The notes: a model not told the origin generated them from the sequence alone. A stretch of 64,000 nt of DNA from Eledone cirrhosa (GCA_964016885.1 OZ024740.1:331390001-331454000), one strand, 5' to 3'. Positions 13,260 to 26,704 are shown, counted from the first letter of the stretch. Numbers and translations: made by a program.

Positions 13260-14030
13260 ATGTGTATAGTCTGAGGAAGGTTCCAGCTGATATGTGGTAC
13301 CAGGTGCTGAATATGTTATTTCTTTTATTAATAATGTGTTCCCCCCTTAATTAACTCCATAATTTCGGTAACAGAGATTGCACGATCCATGCCCTCCTCC
13401 TCTATAGGGTTGTGCTGTGGTGTATTTGGTATATGACAGGATGTATCCAATGTTTTCATGATTGAGTCGCCACACCTGTTACGAGAGGATGGTGCTGTTT
13501 TCTATTCACTTAAACGTGTGGTATTGGTTTTACCAACGTTCCTTCAATTTATTAGCCGTAGTTCCGATATACGTGAAGGTCTGGCTATTGGTACTTACTC
13601 TAAATACATAAACCACATTACCGCAAAAGCATTTGCCTCCGAGAGGGATATTTCTGGGGCTTCTATAATTATAATCCAGGGAGGTGTTGCTGCCTGGATT
13701 ACCAGATCATGCTCTTTGATTCCTTAGTGGTGCCCAGTCCAGAGTGTTATCATCGAAGAATGAAGTATTTGGGTTGCATGCTTCATTACGGTTGCTGAGA
13801 AAGTCGCGGATATTTCTTAATGTACTCCGGTTAATGGTTTCCATATTTTGAGCCAGGTTTCTAATTGTGGAGTAGGACAATTTAATTATGTGCCTGTTGA
13901 AAATGACGCGTACTTCCGCTGGTTTTGGAAGTGCTTATCCAACACCCTGAAGAAAGTGGCCTCATATGATGGCGCAGAATTGTTGTAATACAAGGTTTCA
14001 CAGCTTTAGAATCATTCCTTGCTAATCAGC
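13260..14030 (-). pseudogene. Decayed PLE C-terminus (RT thumb/linker + GIY-YIG)
   Basis: Minus-strand translation across frameshifts and stops: FFRVLDKHF..IFNRHIIKLSYSTIRNLAQN and NVVYVFRVSTNSQTFTYIGTTANKLKERW. Resembles the PLE segment at 46737-47294. Confidence 0.7.
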
Positions 14031-14159
14031 CTATGAACTTTTCAGCCTACACTCGTACACGCACACACATACACACACACACACATATACGTATGTGCGT
14101 ATGTATCTGTGTGTCTTTGTGTGTGTGTGTTTGTGTGTGGGTGCGTGTGTCTACATGCA

Positions 14160-14242
<83 letters not shown>

Positions 14243-16191
14243 TATATATATCTTCCTATTAGCTGTTGGCAATATATAGTTGAATGAAAGCATCACGAAT
14301 TTGCCTTCATTTTTTCGGTCTCACACTTGGTGTTGAATGTTGATGGCTGTCTAGTATATTTTGATCGGATCATGGCATATGTTTTGTCACCTTTCTTGTT
14401 TATATATTCTCGTTACTTTTCGCTCTCTATTGATGACTATTTTTCAAGAATTATCACTTATCTCCCAATACATCGTGTTTACGTCCATGATTTCTTGTTC
14501 ACATTAATAAGTATATCGTCTGTATTTATTTGTTCATTTGTTTTATATATTAGTTTTCTATAGAAATGCTGACTTTTTCCTCTAAACTTCGATCGTCAAA
14601 TGCTTCCGATCCATACATTATCCATTATCGTATTGGTTTAGCTATCTATCTTCAAATTATGCTTAGATATTTCATTATATAACATTGGTGGGATTGTTGA
14701 ATGGTGCCCAGCCTAACGATATCTTTCACTGCAATAACATTTGGGCTTAATTCAAAAGGCTATATAAATCATTACCTTATTTGGCCTCGGTACGTAGTGT
14801 GTAAACTTCATTGAACCAAAAGGGTTTGGCGATTTGACATAGCTACTGAGGTTTATGTGAAATTATCACATTAAAGGATATCCACAATGAGATTTATATC
14901 AGTTGATTATGCATAACCATACAGGATATTTCTTCATATTCACATCCATTAAAAAATCGCACTCTCTTACTTTTGCTTATAATCAATTCCAACTCGCCGA
15001 GTCCAGAGTATATAGAAATCTCCATAAAATTACTATTTGCAAACAGTCTATAAAGGTTATCAGCTTATTTTGCCATGTACCGAGTGAGTTAACGTTACTA
15101 AAGATGGATAAAATATTGAAAGCATAGTTGTTTTTACATGTCTACGGAGGTACGTGTGACATGATAATTTGCTGAAAATACCCATCGCATTATATATATA
15201 AGTTTATGAATGCATAAACATTTTATGTAACTTGTATGTAAGTCTCTGTTATAAATCACATTATGTTACTGCTACTGTTAACACACACACACACATACAC
15301 ACACAAGCACATATATACACACACCACAAACCACGAGCACATAGACACATACACACACTGACACACAGATGAATGCATTTCAGTAACAACAATATCATGG
15401 AATATTTAAACCAATTTATTTTAACATGTTTAAATATCATTTTGTTTCTAGTGTCTATAATCTATGCAAACGTCATACAACAAATTTCCGGCACATTCAG
15501 TTCTATAGCAATGTCGTATTATCCGTGTTGCCGGTATATATATAATTTAATTGGAAACATACCATAGATTTAGAATCATTCAAACTAATGATAAAGTACC
15601 TCATGTAGGTGCAAATGTGTGAAATCAAATGTAATATTAGATGATAACCACCTAACTTTTAAATAAACTAGACTAGGAGTTTGTGTGAAATTTACGTGCA
15701 TGGCAATATTAATTTTCCAATTTAAAGTGTTATTTAGAGTCTAAATTTTAGACGAACTATAAGATGCTGGGAAATATGTGCTGTATTTGTATTAATATTT
15801 ATAAAGGAAAATAAAGGATAAAGCTGCCCAATATTTCTTTCTTATTTTATACAGCCGATTTAGTTATGATTCTATTGATTTATGATTGAAGCAATATATA
15901 TGTACCAATTAAGTATTGTGATATTGTCGATATTCGCTTTTATTTCTGTCTCTAAATATCACGTTACGTTTGTGTCAATCAAAACTATATTCGACGCGTA
16001 GCGTTTCTCAATCTGATCAGGGAGAATAATTTATTTTTCTTGATTGTTTGAATATGTTACTATTTTAACAGTATTCTATTCTCATTTATCGGATAACAAA
16101 ACCAGTTATAGTATATAGTCAAAAACGTTTGCAAGTATTCAGAAATCGCAAATGAATAATTCCCTAGGTCCTTGTTTGATAAGTGTCCATG

Positions 16192-16274
<83 letters not shown>

Positions 16275-16295
16275 TTTGTGTGTGTCTTTGTGCGG

Positions 16296-16327
<32 letters not shown>

Positions 16328-16432
16328 GAATGTATATATAGTGTATTTTGCAATACACTGTATGCTTAATTAAAAGCATTTCGAAGACCATACGCTATTG
16401 TTTTAGAGTAGTGACACTCTCACTTACTTTAA

Positions 16433-16525
16433 TTTTCAGCAAACAGGGGAGATAAAGCTGACAGAGCTCTGTTTCGCACTTTTTGGTGCTTATCAGAGAT
16501 AAGTACTCCGCCTGTTTGCTGAAAA
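16433..16525 (-). ncRNA. Hammerhead-like motif (CUGAUAA core) in a long closing stem
   Basis: Minus strand: ttttcagcaaacagg...ct-CTGATAA-gcac-caaaaa-gtgc-GAAA-cagagctctg-TC-ag...cctgtttgctgaaaa. Confidence 0.55.
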
Positions 16526-16616
16526 TCGTGAATGTTTGATTCTTATAGAATTTCTAGCAAAATACACTATATATACATTCATATATATATATCGCTACTT
16601 CAGATCACCAATTCTA

Positions 16617-16696
<80 letters not shown>

Positions 16697-16738
16697 CATA
16701 AAACGAAAAATCAGTGATGCCTCTGGACTCAGTTTATT

Positions 16739-16830
16739 GTGTGTTACAATTGTTTCGCCGGCAGATAGCTCGAGACAGGATCATTGTATGGATCTGTCTG
16801 ATTCTAGATCTGCAGATTCTTCGGACATAT
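16739..16830 (-). ncRNA. Degenerate hammerhead with long stem II
   Basis: Minus strand: atatgt-CCGAAGA-...gcagat...atctgc...-GAAA-caattg-TA-acacac-aataaa. Confidence 0.4.
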
Positions 16831-17556
16831 GCAATACTTTCAGAGCAAACTTTCTCACTTGGGTGTTAGTTTCAAAAAACATCTCGCTATTGGCTGTTGT
16901 TTTTCTACGTCATCACAAATTCTGGTCAATATTTGCTGCCAAACTGGCCATCAGCTACTCTCCGTCCGACACACTTCAATGGACTCATGCTGGGTTTGGT
17001 ACTTCACAAGTCAGCTCACACACATATATATATACCCACACATACACACACACATATATACACATACACACACATGCACACACGTACATATATACGCATA
17101 TACATATGTACACACACATATTTACGAATATACACCCGCATACATATACCTACACACTCTCTCTCACACACACACACACACGCCCACGACCATATACATA
17201 CCAACATACACCTCCACAGGCGTCTGCCTATATGGCCTCCTACATCCGCTCTCACACGCACGCACACTCGCACACACCCAGACTTATACGCATACACGGA
17301 CACATACCTGCGTACGCGTACATTTGTTAATATACACAAACACGTACAGACATATACATAGACACACACACACATATAGACGCCTGTCCATATATAGAGG
17401 CACAAAGACCGACACGCTCCCAAAGACACATACACACATACACACACATATACACAGATACATATATATATATACTTATATATGTACGCACGCGCACACA
17501 GCATACTCAGAAACAATCACTACCATATGCATATATATACTGTATATATATATATA

Positions 17557-17686
<130 letters not shown>

Positions 17687-17787
17687 TGAGAGAGGGTGTC
17701 AGATTTGTAATGGCACTGAAAATATATTAAAGGGTCTGTTTTTCTTTTTTTCATTTCCTTTTCTTTGATTCGTCAAAGTGGCATTAT

Positions 17788-17888
17788 TGAAGATAACTTT
17801 ACCTTTCATCCTTACGGGATCGATAAAACAAAGTACCAATAATGGACTAGGTACGTGCTGGCCTTGTGCCAAAAGTAGCAACAACTAT
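17788..17888 (-). mobile_element. SINE 3' fragment
   Basis: Matches the SINE body ctttcatccttacggg-tcgataaaa...ggccttgtgccaaaagtag. As written it reads on the + strand, so orientation is tentative. Confidence 0.6.
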
Positions 17889-18120
17889 TGAGAAAATTAG
17901 AGGGACAATTCTTATTTTAAAAAAGAGTTTTATAATGTATATAATGTATTTAAAGTATAACCAGTTTCGATGTTTGAGTAAAATTCACTTCTTCAACATT
18001 TGAAGAGGTGAATTTAAAAAGAATTAATAAGGATCAAAAACTAAAAATTAAAGTTTCAAAATCAACTGTTGAGGTAAGTTTTTGCATCTTTCTTGTTGAG
18101 AAAGTGACTGTTAAATGAAC

Positions 18121-18160
<40 letters not shown>

Positions 18161-18377
18161 GAGAAGAAAGAAGAATACTGCGTGGTTTGCACATGGGTTA
18201 CATATGATAAAAATAGTCCTTCGTCAGTGATTTTCCAACCATCATTGGTATTTCATCGCATTAAAAATCAGATACCTAAGGTTGGTGCGAGCAATAACTA
18301 AAAAAAGTTATTGGGACCAGGATTCGCGTAAGGCGAGGGGGACAAGTAAACAACATAGAAGGATAAAAGCAAACCGA

Positions 18378-18446
<69 letters not shown>

Positions 18447-18469
18447 ACGCGCGTGACCTTGTAGTACGA

Positions 18470-18500
<31 letters not shown>

Positions 18501-18519
18501 ACGCGCGTTACCTTGTAGT

Positions 18520-18760
18520 ACGTGTGTTGCAGTTACGATCGTGATGTTTTAGGTTCGATTCCTGGACGAGGCTATGAGTTAAGCACTTTTGTCCCGTTGC
18601 TCCAATATAATCAGCTGAAAATTAGTGCCAATAATATGTAAAGGTATAGCCGTGCGATCGACTGGCGTCCAATCCTATGGAGAATCTTATACTATCAGTC
18701 ACTTAACACCACGGAAACCGGGATAAGCACCTGTCAGGTAAGCTTCCTGATTGAGACAGA
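18520..18760 (+). mobile_element. tRNA-derived SINE, second family, decayed
   Basis: B-box-like ggttcgattcc, followed by ...gactggcgtcc...cacggaaaccgggataagc. Confidence 0.5.
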
Positions 18761-18944
18761 TTTAGACAATATATGTGTCTTTACTTGATCTTGTGCCGAA
18801 AGTAGAAACAGACACCCACACACAGACGCCCACACACACACACACATAACTACAAACACATATACACACAAATATACACATTCACACACACACAAATATA
18901 CACACACACATATATATATGTATATATATATATATATATACGTA

Positions 18945-19010
<66 letters not shown>

Positions 19011-19846
19011 AGAATGTATTTTTGTCCCTGGTAATATTAGTACGTTTTATGACCAGAAATAATAATACACCAATCAATATATTTTCCTTTCATTTGCATA
19101 TATATTTTGTATATATTCAAATCGAACATATAATTTTATATCTATATGCAACAAAAATATATTAAGATATTAAATATTCTAGTTTTAATGGTTTCGAGGA
19201 ATCGGGTTGCATACAAAGGATAATGCAATTAGATTCCCAATGATTTCATTGATATGAGACATGCGTAGAATTTTCTGTGAAGTTACTGAAACGTTATTGC
19301 TATTTTGAAGATCTTTCAACAAACAATATCAACATGTCAAAACTGAAAAATGTTTTTTGTCATGAATACCTAAGCCATCATTGGCAGCTAATCAATATGT
19401 AGCGTGGCTTATTTAGCATGAAAACAAGGCAATAATGGAAAATAAATCTGCATAGTAAATTCAAAGAAAAACACTAAATTCTATAATGTTGCGATATTCT
19501 TCGATGAAAATATATTTATACATAAATGTAGAAAGGAAAATGTGGGGATCCCATATTCAAATCAGATTGAGGGAGCTATGTTTAAACTGTTTGGTGATAC
19601 TATCAATCTGTTGATCTTAATTCTTGGGGATAGGTGAAGTGCGTTGAACGCAGGACGTACAGTTCCGGCACAGATATTGCAAACACCGCAATTGACGCTT
19701 AACAAATTCTGCAAAGTACTATAAATAACGACATCTAGAGTTAAAGAAGGCAATTTACACCCAGGAGAAATTTGAACATAGCTGCAACAAAAATCGTGGC
19801 ATCTACTCTGACGCTGTAAACTATGTTGGAATTAGCATTATATTAT

Positions 19847-19965
<119 letters not shown>

Positions 19966-20252
19966 CAAATAACGAAACGAAATTAAATTTCGTTTCGTTT
20001 GTAACTCACTTTTGTATGACTGACGCTTAAACAATTAAGTTAAAAATGTACATCCACATATGTATACTGAAATACTAGTATGCATATAAATACACACACG
20101 TGTACATATGTAGATGTACCGAGTTTTTCACTGGACACTTTACTGTGAGTGTTCAGCTAGTCTGTATGTAAACACACAGACAAACCGGTTTTTAGAGTCA
20201 TACTGGTTTTCGAGGAAACACCTTTCCTCTATTCTCCAGAAAGCCAGACAGG

Positions 20253-20297
20253 AATATTGGACTAGTTTCGATGTTGTTACATCTCATCAGCAATATT
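20253..20297 (-). ncRNA. Type I hammerhead ribozyme (inverted arm)
   Basis: Exact reverse complement of 20707-20751. Confidence 0.9.
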
Positions 20298-20706
20298 TAC
20301 CTATCCTCCGGCCTTTCTAGAGAATCGTAAAAGCACATATCGTTATATGCTTTTTCTATGAAAATTAGTAGTGGGCAGACTACTTTGCATAGAGCGTGAG
20401 TACGTACCGGTTCAGCGGAGACGATAAAAACAAATAACGAAACGAAATTAAATTTCGTTTCGTTTGTAACTCACTTTTGTATGACTGACGCTTAAACAAT
20501 TAAGTTAAAAATGTACATCCACATATGTATACTGAAATACTAGTATGCATATGAATACACACACGTGTACATATGTAGATGTACCGAGTTTTTCACTGGA
20601 CACTTTACTGTGAGTGTTCAGCTAGTCTGTATGTAAACACACAGACAAACCGGTTTTTAGAGTCATACTGGTTTTACGATTCTCTAGAAAGGCCGGAGGA
20701 TAGGTA

Positions 20707-20751
20707 AATATTGCTGATGAGATGTAACAACATCGAAACTAGTCCAATATT
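20707..20751 (+). ncRNA. Type I hammerhead ribozyme
   Basis: aatattg-CTGATGA-gatg-taacaa-catc-GAAA-ctag-TC-caatatt. Predicted cleavage after C20744. Confidence 0.92.
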
Positions 20752-21171
20752 CCTGTCTGGCTTTCTAGAGAATAGAGGAAAGGTGTTTCCTCGAAAACCA
20801 GTATGACTCTAAAAACCGGTTTGTCTGTGTGTTTACATACAGAATAGCTGAACACTCACAGTAAAGTGTCCAGTGAAAAACTCGGTACATCTACATATGT
20901 ACACGTGTGTGTATTCATATGCATACTAGTATTTCAGTATACATATGTGGATGTACATTTTTAACTTAATTGTTTAAGCGTCAGTCATACAAAAGTGAGT
21001 TACAAACGAAACGAAATTTAATTTCGTTTCGTTATTTGTTTTTATCGTCTCCGCTGAACCGGTACGTACTCACGCTCTATGCAAATTAGTCTGCCCACTA
21101 CTAATTTTCATAGAAAAAGCATATAACGATATGTGCTTTTACGATTCTCTAGAAAGGCCGGAGGATAGGTA

Positions 21172-21216
21172 AATATTGCTGATGAGATGTAACAACATCG
21201 AAACTAGTCCAATATT
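21172..21216 (+). ncRNA. Type I hammerhead ribozyme
   Basis: Identical to 20707-20751. Predicted cleavage after C21209. Confidence 0.92.
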
Positions 21217-21455
21217 CCTGTCTGGCTTTCTGGAGAATAGAGGAAAGGTATTTCCTCGAAAACCAGTATGACTCTAAAAACCGGTTTGTCTGTGTGTTTA
21301 CATACAGACTAGCTGAACACTCACAGTAAAGTGTCCAGTGAAAAACTCGGTACATCTACATATGTACACGTGTGTGTATTCATATGCATACTAGTATTTC
21401 AGTATACATATGTGGATGTACATTTTTAACTTAATTGTATATATATATATATATA

Positions 21456-22449
21456 TACAATATATGGAAACTATATTTTTAAAACCATATTTATTTTATT
21501 ATACATATTTCAAGGGCAACCAAGGCAGATTATGGTGCGCTTTCATCAGATAAAATTCAGATCTGTTTTATAAATAAATATTGACATACCACGAAAAAAG
21601 ACAACCTTAACGGTTGGAGCTTCCTGGATAGTGGAGATATTACATTTATTGAGGATAATACAAAGTTATGACTGAGTATGCAAATGAGTGTCCGAAAGGT
21701 TGAAAAGATAACGGTTTATTTAAATTAAACTGTTGGAAGAAGATGATATGTAAGGGAGAGAGAAAAAAAAGAAAAAAGAAAAAAAGATAAAAGTAAAAAG
21801 AAAAAAGAAAGGAGAAAGATAGAAGACGAAAGAAAGAACAATTATATATATTGAGAGTGAAGATAGAGTGCATGAAGAAATCAGTTTCAAAGGATAAATA
21901 TACACAGCGTAAGTATATCTAAGTGAAAGAAGAAATAAGATTCACGTGGAAGAATAATATTTATAATGCAGGGTTCATTACGTTTTGATTATAACACTTA
22001 TAATGATAGGTTGAAAAATTAGATTAAAATTAAAAATTAGAAATCAAAATTAAAGATTAAAATTTGCCTTAATATTAAAGATTTAATTTAATAATTTAAT
22101 ATTAATAGTTAGTTTAAATGTGTATGTTAAGGATTATAAATTATTTAAGTAAATCTATAGTATTTTACATTAGAGAAAATCTAGTATAGTTTATTTTATT
22201 AAAAGTTGTAAGTCCAAATTTAAACATCAAAATAATTCTAAATTTATGAAATTACGAGAGTTTACAAAGGAATAATCACTCAATTATATTATAAAAACAT
22301 TAAGGAAGTGTAAAGGAAGTTATTTATAAAACAAATCTGTATTTTATCTGATGAAAGCGCACCATAATTTGCCTTGGTTGCACTTGAAATATGTATAATA
22401 AAATAAATATGTTTTTATAAATATAGTTTCCATTTATTAATATATTGTG
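21456..22449. mobile_element. Fold-back element with ~120-bp terminal inverted repeats
   Basis: 21456-21577 is the reverse complement of 22320-22449; AT-rich interior. Confidence 0.7.
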
Positions 22450-22530
22450 TATTTACTCCACCTACTGTTGAGTGCTTTTACAGTTATAAAAATATTTAAC
22501 ATGTTGAATCCCAACAATTTAAATATAAAC

Positions 22531-22763
22531 TCTGCATATATATATATATATATAAAGCTGACGGCCGTACGTGTGTATGTAACACACTTTTGGCAAAACA
22601 GCTGGACCAAACGGCACCAAATTTGCACCATAGATATAACTTTTACCAAGGAAGAAAGTCAGGGTAATTTTGTCTACTAAATTTCGTTATTTTTGATTAA
22701 AGGTATTTTGTTTATTTAAAGATTCACTTCGTTAAAATTATCAAATGTCAACACGTCCGGCTA
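22531..22763 (+). mobile_element. Short non-autonomous Helitron-like element
   Basis: 5' tatataaagctgacggccgtacgtgtgt...ggaccaaacggcaccaaattt; ends ...gtccggCTAG. The same 5' motif restarts at 22868. Confidence 0.45.
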
Positions 22764-23089
22764 GCGATTGCTTAAATGAACATTCATATATTGTGCAGTT
22801 TATATATGATATCGTGTTTTATTTAATATATCATGGATTAAATTTATGTGTATATTGTCAATCTCTATCTATATTAATAAAGCTGACGGCCGTATGTAAT
22901 ATGAGGAGTACATTACTGGTACTTTATTATATATAATATATATAATACGACATTCCTCTCTCTTTCTTACTCTTTCTTTTTAGATAGATACATAGCTATA
23001 ACGTCGTGCGCTTATAATATATGTCTGTATTTGTGCCTGTCTGCATTGACTTCGCTTCTAACCAACTTTTAATTAATTATGTATATATA

Positions 23090-24115
23090 TACTTCCGAAT
23101 CAACATCACGGAACAGGGAGGGATCCACTGCAACTTCTACCGAAAGGCAGCCTGCAGGGACCTGTTCGGCCACTACAAATCCGCCCTCCCTAACAGTGCC
23201 AAAAGAGGGTACATTAGAACACCAGAGATTCGTCTTTGCGGAAACACATAGCCAAATGCGGAAACAAAGACGGAACGCCCATGGTCACAATTCTAGCGAC
23301 AGAGAGAAACGTCGGTACATTACGTATCAAGGAAGCACTTTCGATCAAACGCCTAGGGCCACAATTAAACGACCGATGCGAGAGAAGCGAAATGAGGTGG
23401 TTGGTTTAAATAAACAAACGATCCAGCAACACACGCACACACACACACACACAAGCGAGACAGCAACACACGCACACACACACACACAGTAGCATTCCAC
23501 CATACGAACATACTACACTGCCAATACAGAGGAACAAGGCAACCACATACGCACACACACACTCAACCGAAACAACAACACACGCACACACACACTCACA
23601 CAGTAACATTCACCAAACAGGCAGAGAATACTATTGACTGACAGCTAGCGCCACTCCACTCCCACAATTGAAAGAACTAACTCAGCCGCGACCTCTGCTT
23701 GACCGACCCCATTTCACGCGCACGCGCGCTCTGCTAAATGCCTGAGATATTCAAAACAACGAACAGCGGAGGACACGTTTCGCACCTTTCCGACAGACCC
23801 CCCCCCCCCCAGGCAAAAAAACCCAGTTGATGGATGTGAATCCGAAATATATAGGGACATTTAAATCTCTCCCAAGGTAACTCTACCTCGTGTTATTATT
23901 TTTATTTTTATCCTTTACGCTCTTTCCTACATTCTTCTACACGCTACAGTCTTCTACACGCCACACATCTCAACGTACACCCACTTACATTTCTCTCTCC
24001 ACCACCGGAACTTGTTACCCGGAGATTTACCCAACTGCATTGTCGAGGCTTCCAAACGACTTAAATAAATTTACCTTATTCCACAATGCTTCAAGCAAAC
24101 ATCAATACTCTCTTA
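23090..24115 (+). pseudogene. Internally deleted PLE (RT thumb fused to GIY-YIG C-terminus) with 3' UTR
   Basis: FRINITEQGGIHCNFYRKAACRDLFGHYKSALPNSAKRGYIR, then SSLRKHIAKC...VTILATERNVGTLRIKEALSIKRLGPQLNDR. Degenerate HHR at 23822-23856 (CAGTTGA-t-ggat-gtga-atcc-GAAA-tata-TA-ggg). Confidence 0.7.
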
Positions 24116-24142
24116 TATATATATATATATCTATCTATCTAT

Positions 24143-26704
24143 CTAAGGCGGGTAAAATTCCCGAGATCCATGGACGAGTTCTCTCCAGCGGTCTCTGTCC
24201 CTCATTATCGCTGCCATATCCTGCATCTCCAACAGACCAGTGTCTGTCCTTAGGGCATCAACATATGTTAACCTTGGACTTCCTCTTCTAGTGTGTCCAT
24301 GTAGGGGCTCCCAAAGGAGCACTGAGTGCAATGTCAACTCTGGATGTCGGTGAGCATGTCCAGCCAACCTCAGTCTCCTCTGTGTCACTTTTGAGCTGAC
24401 TTTTGGGATGCTCCCATACAGCTCTGAGTTTTTCATCCTCAGTGTATACTGATTAATGTTCAGAGCCATCCTCAGCATTCTCGTGTAGCACCCATCCACC
24501 ATCTGAGTGAGTTTCTTGGTCAGTGTCCAAGTCTCAGACCCATACAGCAGCACAGACTCCACTACAGCAATGAAGAGGCGGATTTTCAGGTCCCTACGAA
24601 GGTTCGACTTCCACACCGATCTCAAGCTGTGGCACGCCGCCCAGGCATTGCTCTTCCTCTCAACCACATCATCCTCCGTATTCCCAATCTTTGCTCCCAA
24701 ATACAAGAAGTCCTCAACCAATTCCAGCGGCTTCCCGCCTACATTAGTGATCCCCTCTGGCTTCTCAACATTCTCTACCAGATATTTTGTTTTAGTCTCA
24801 TTCATTCTCAGCCCCACACTCATCGACACAGTCTCAACCTCCCGCATCAAATCCTCTGCCTCCTTCACTGTATTTGTCACCAAAACTATGTCGTCGGCAA
24901 ATTCAGCATCCGATACCTTTTTCGCCCCAACTCTCCTGCTCTGAGCCGGTGCTACAGTAAAGCCAGAGTCCTGGTGTTTCTCCAGTGCAAGGCGCATACA
25001 ATAGTCCACTACGATGATAAAAAGGTAGGGAGCCAATGTTTCTCCCTGGAGCACTCCAGCCAGTATCTCAAAGTACTCTGTGATCCCATCAGGCGTAATG
25101 ACTTGGGCTTTGGTGTTGGTGTAGAGCAGTGATATCAGGTCCACTATCCTCTTGGGGATTCCATAAGCCTGTAAGATCATCATCAGGCAGTAACGTTTCA
25201 CAGAATCAAAGGCCTTCCTAAAGTCAATGAAAACCATGACCGCAGGAAGGCACTTTGCTCTAGCTCCCTCTAATATCCTCCTCAGCATCAGGATGTGACT
25301 GGTGGTTGATCTACCCTCTCTGAAGCCGTTCTGGTTGTCCATGAGCTTCTTCTCCATCTCAGGCTGGATCCTGTTAAGAATCATCCTGTTGAGGGTCTTT
25401 GCCACAAGTGACGTCAGTGAGATACCCCGGTAGTTGTTGGTGTTAGAGAGATCTCCCTTCTTTGGCACTGGGACGATGTTACTGATCCTCCACTGATTCG
25501 GGGCAACTCCTTTCTCCAGTGCCCCGTTACAGAACCCCAGGATGATATCATCAAAATCACACCTCTTCATCACCTCTGATGCCACTCCATCTTCTCCATG
25601 AGCCTTGCCCTCCTTGATCTTCTTCTTGGCTCTCTGAAGCTCCTCTCTGGTGAAGGGCTCTGTCTCAACATCCAGTTCCTCAAACAGCCGCCTGATCCCC
25701 TCAGTGCTCTGGGCTGTGGAGGGTGGCTCTCCTAGTAGGGTCCTAAAATGGTCTAGCCATTTCCTCTTCCTATCCTCGGGCCCCGTTCCCTGGATCTGAC
25801 TCGAACACCTTTTCTTCCTCCCTGTGATCTCGTTGATGATCATCCAGCTTTCCTTACATCCAGATCTGTCAACCGCTCTCTCCACACTTCTGATCTTCTC
25901 TATCAGTGCCTCCTCTCTGACCTCAGTGTAAGCGGTACAGAGCTCTTCCCTCATCACTTCCACAGTCTCCATCCTCTCCTCCGTAGGATCAGCATAGAAT
26001 TGGTCCCTGGTAGCTTTCAGGTGTTCTCTGGCGGCACACACTTTTGGGTTTACAGAGCTGACGTGCTTCCCTTTGTTCTTTTTCCTCGGCACCAGGGTTT
26101 CACTTGCTTTCGCCACTGCATTGGTGAAGTGCCCGTACCTCCTCGTCACACTCTCCTCAGTCCATCCAATCTCTCTCTCCTCTGACTCTCCACACAGAGC
26201 ACTAAACCTGTTTCTCACTTCCACTGTGAACCTCTCTTGTAGCTTATCATCTTCTTTGAAAGCTCCCCAGTCATAGATTGTTCTCTGGGGCTGAGCCTTG
26301 CTCTTTCTTAAGCTCACGCGGACCTCACTCATAACAAGCCGGTGGTCACTACCCAGTGTACTGAAATAGCTGTATGGTTCCGTGTTCAGAACACTATTCC
26401 GCCACTTTTTCCTCACCAGAATGAAATCAATCTGGGACTTGGACAGGTGCATATCTGAGATGTAGGTCCACATCTTCCCCAGATTCTTCCTAAACCTTAG
26501 GTTGGTCGCCATCAAGTTCGCCTCCAGCAGGGTGTCTCTCAGTAGTCTTCCATTTCGGTTGGTGTTGTTATGGAAGTACCAGCAAGGATCTTCACTGCCC
26601 TCCTTACTCAGATGTGCATTGAAGTCCCCCAAAACAAGCAGGATATTGTGTGCCTGAGTGGTGTTGACAGCTCTACACACCTCCTCATGGAACTCCTCAG
26701 CCAT
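24143..26704 (-). CDS. RTE-type LINE ORF: C-terminal half of APE + RT, 853 aa uninterrupted
   Basis: Motifs: LGDFNAH, SQIDFIL, GSDH, YRGISL, QNGFREGRST, FIDFRKAFDSV, GVLQGETLAPYLF, FADD, FLYLG, LLYGSETW, RRLRLAGH. Confidence 0.92.
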   Translation of the reverse strand: MAEEFHEEVCRAVNTTQAHNILLVLGDFNAHLSKEGSEDPCWYFHNNTNRNGRLLRDTLLEANLMATNLRFRKNLGKMWTYISDMHLSKSQIDFILVRKKWRNSVLNTEPYSYFSTLGSDHRLVMSEVRVSLRKSKAQPQRTIYDWGAFKEDDKLQERFTVEVRNRFSALCGESEEREIGWTEESVTRRYGHFTNAVAKASETLVPRKKNKGKHVSSVNPKVCAAREHLKATRDQFYADPTEERMETVEVMREELCTAYTEVREEALIEKIRSVERAVDRSGCKESWMIINEITGRKKRCSSQIQGTGPEDRKRKWLDHFRTLLGEPPSTAQSTEGIRRLFEELDVETEPFTREELQRAKKKIKEGKAHGEDGVASEVMKRCDFDDIILGFCNGALEKGVAPNQWRISNIVPVPKKGDLSNTNNYRGISLTSLVAKTLNRMILNRIQPEMEKKLMDNQNGFREGRSTTSHILMLRRILEGARAKCLPAVMVFIDFRKAFDSVKRYCLMMILQAYGIPKRIVDLISLLYTNTKAQVITPDGITEYFEILAGVLQGETLAPYLFIIVVDYCMRLALEKHQDSGFTVAPAQSRRVGAKKVSDAEFADDIVLVTNTVKEAEDLMREVETVSMSVGLRMNETKTKYLVENVEKPEGITNVGGKPLELVEDFLYLGAKIGNTEDDVVERKSNAWAACHSLRSVWKSNLRRDLKIRLFIAVVESVLLYGSETWTLTKKLTQMVDGCYTRMLRMALNINQYTLRMKNSELYGSIPKVSSKVTQRRLRLAGHAHRHPELTLHSVLLWEPLHGHTRRGSPRLTYVDALRTDTGLLEMQDMAAIMRDRDRWRELVHGSREFYPP

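Noticed and set aside
17955-18010. TTGAAGA...GAAActggTT hammerhead-like text on the minus strand
   Set aside because: Stems I and II do not pair.
19540-19790. Coding-looking stretch with a minus-strand acceptor ttttgttgcag
   Set aside because: No recognisable protein or clear donor site.
20114-21355. 68-aa ORF present twice (20114 +, 21149 -)
   Set aside because: It is antisense to the HHR strand of the 465-bp unit, has no motif, and is duplicated only because the unit is.
22345-22360. CTGATGAAA in the inverted repeat
   Set aside because: There is no stem II between CUGAUGA and GAAA.
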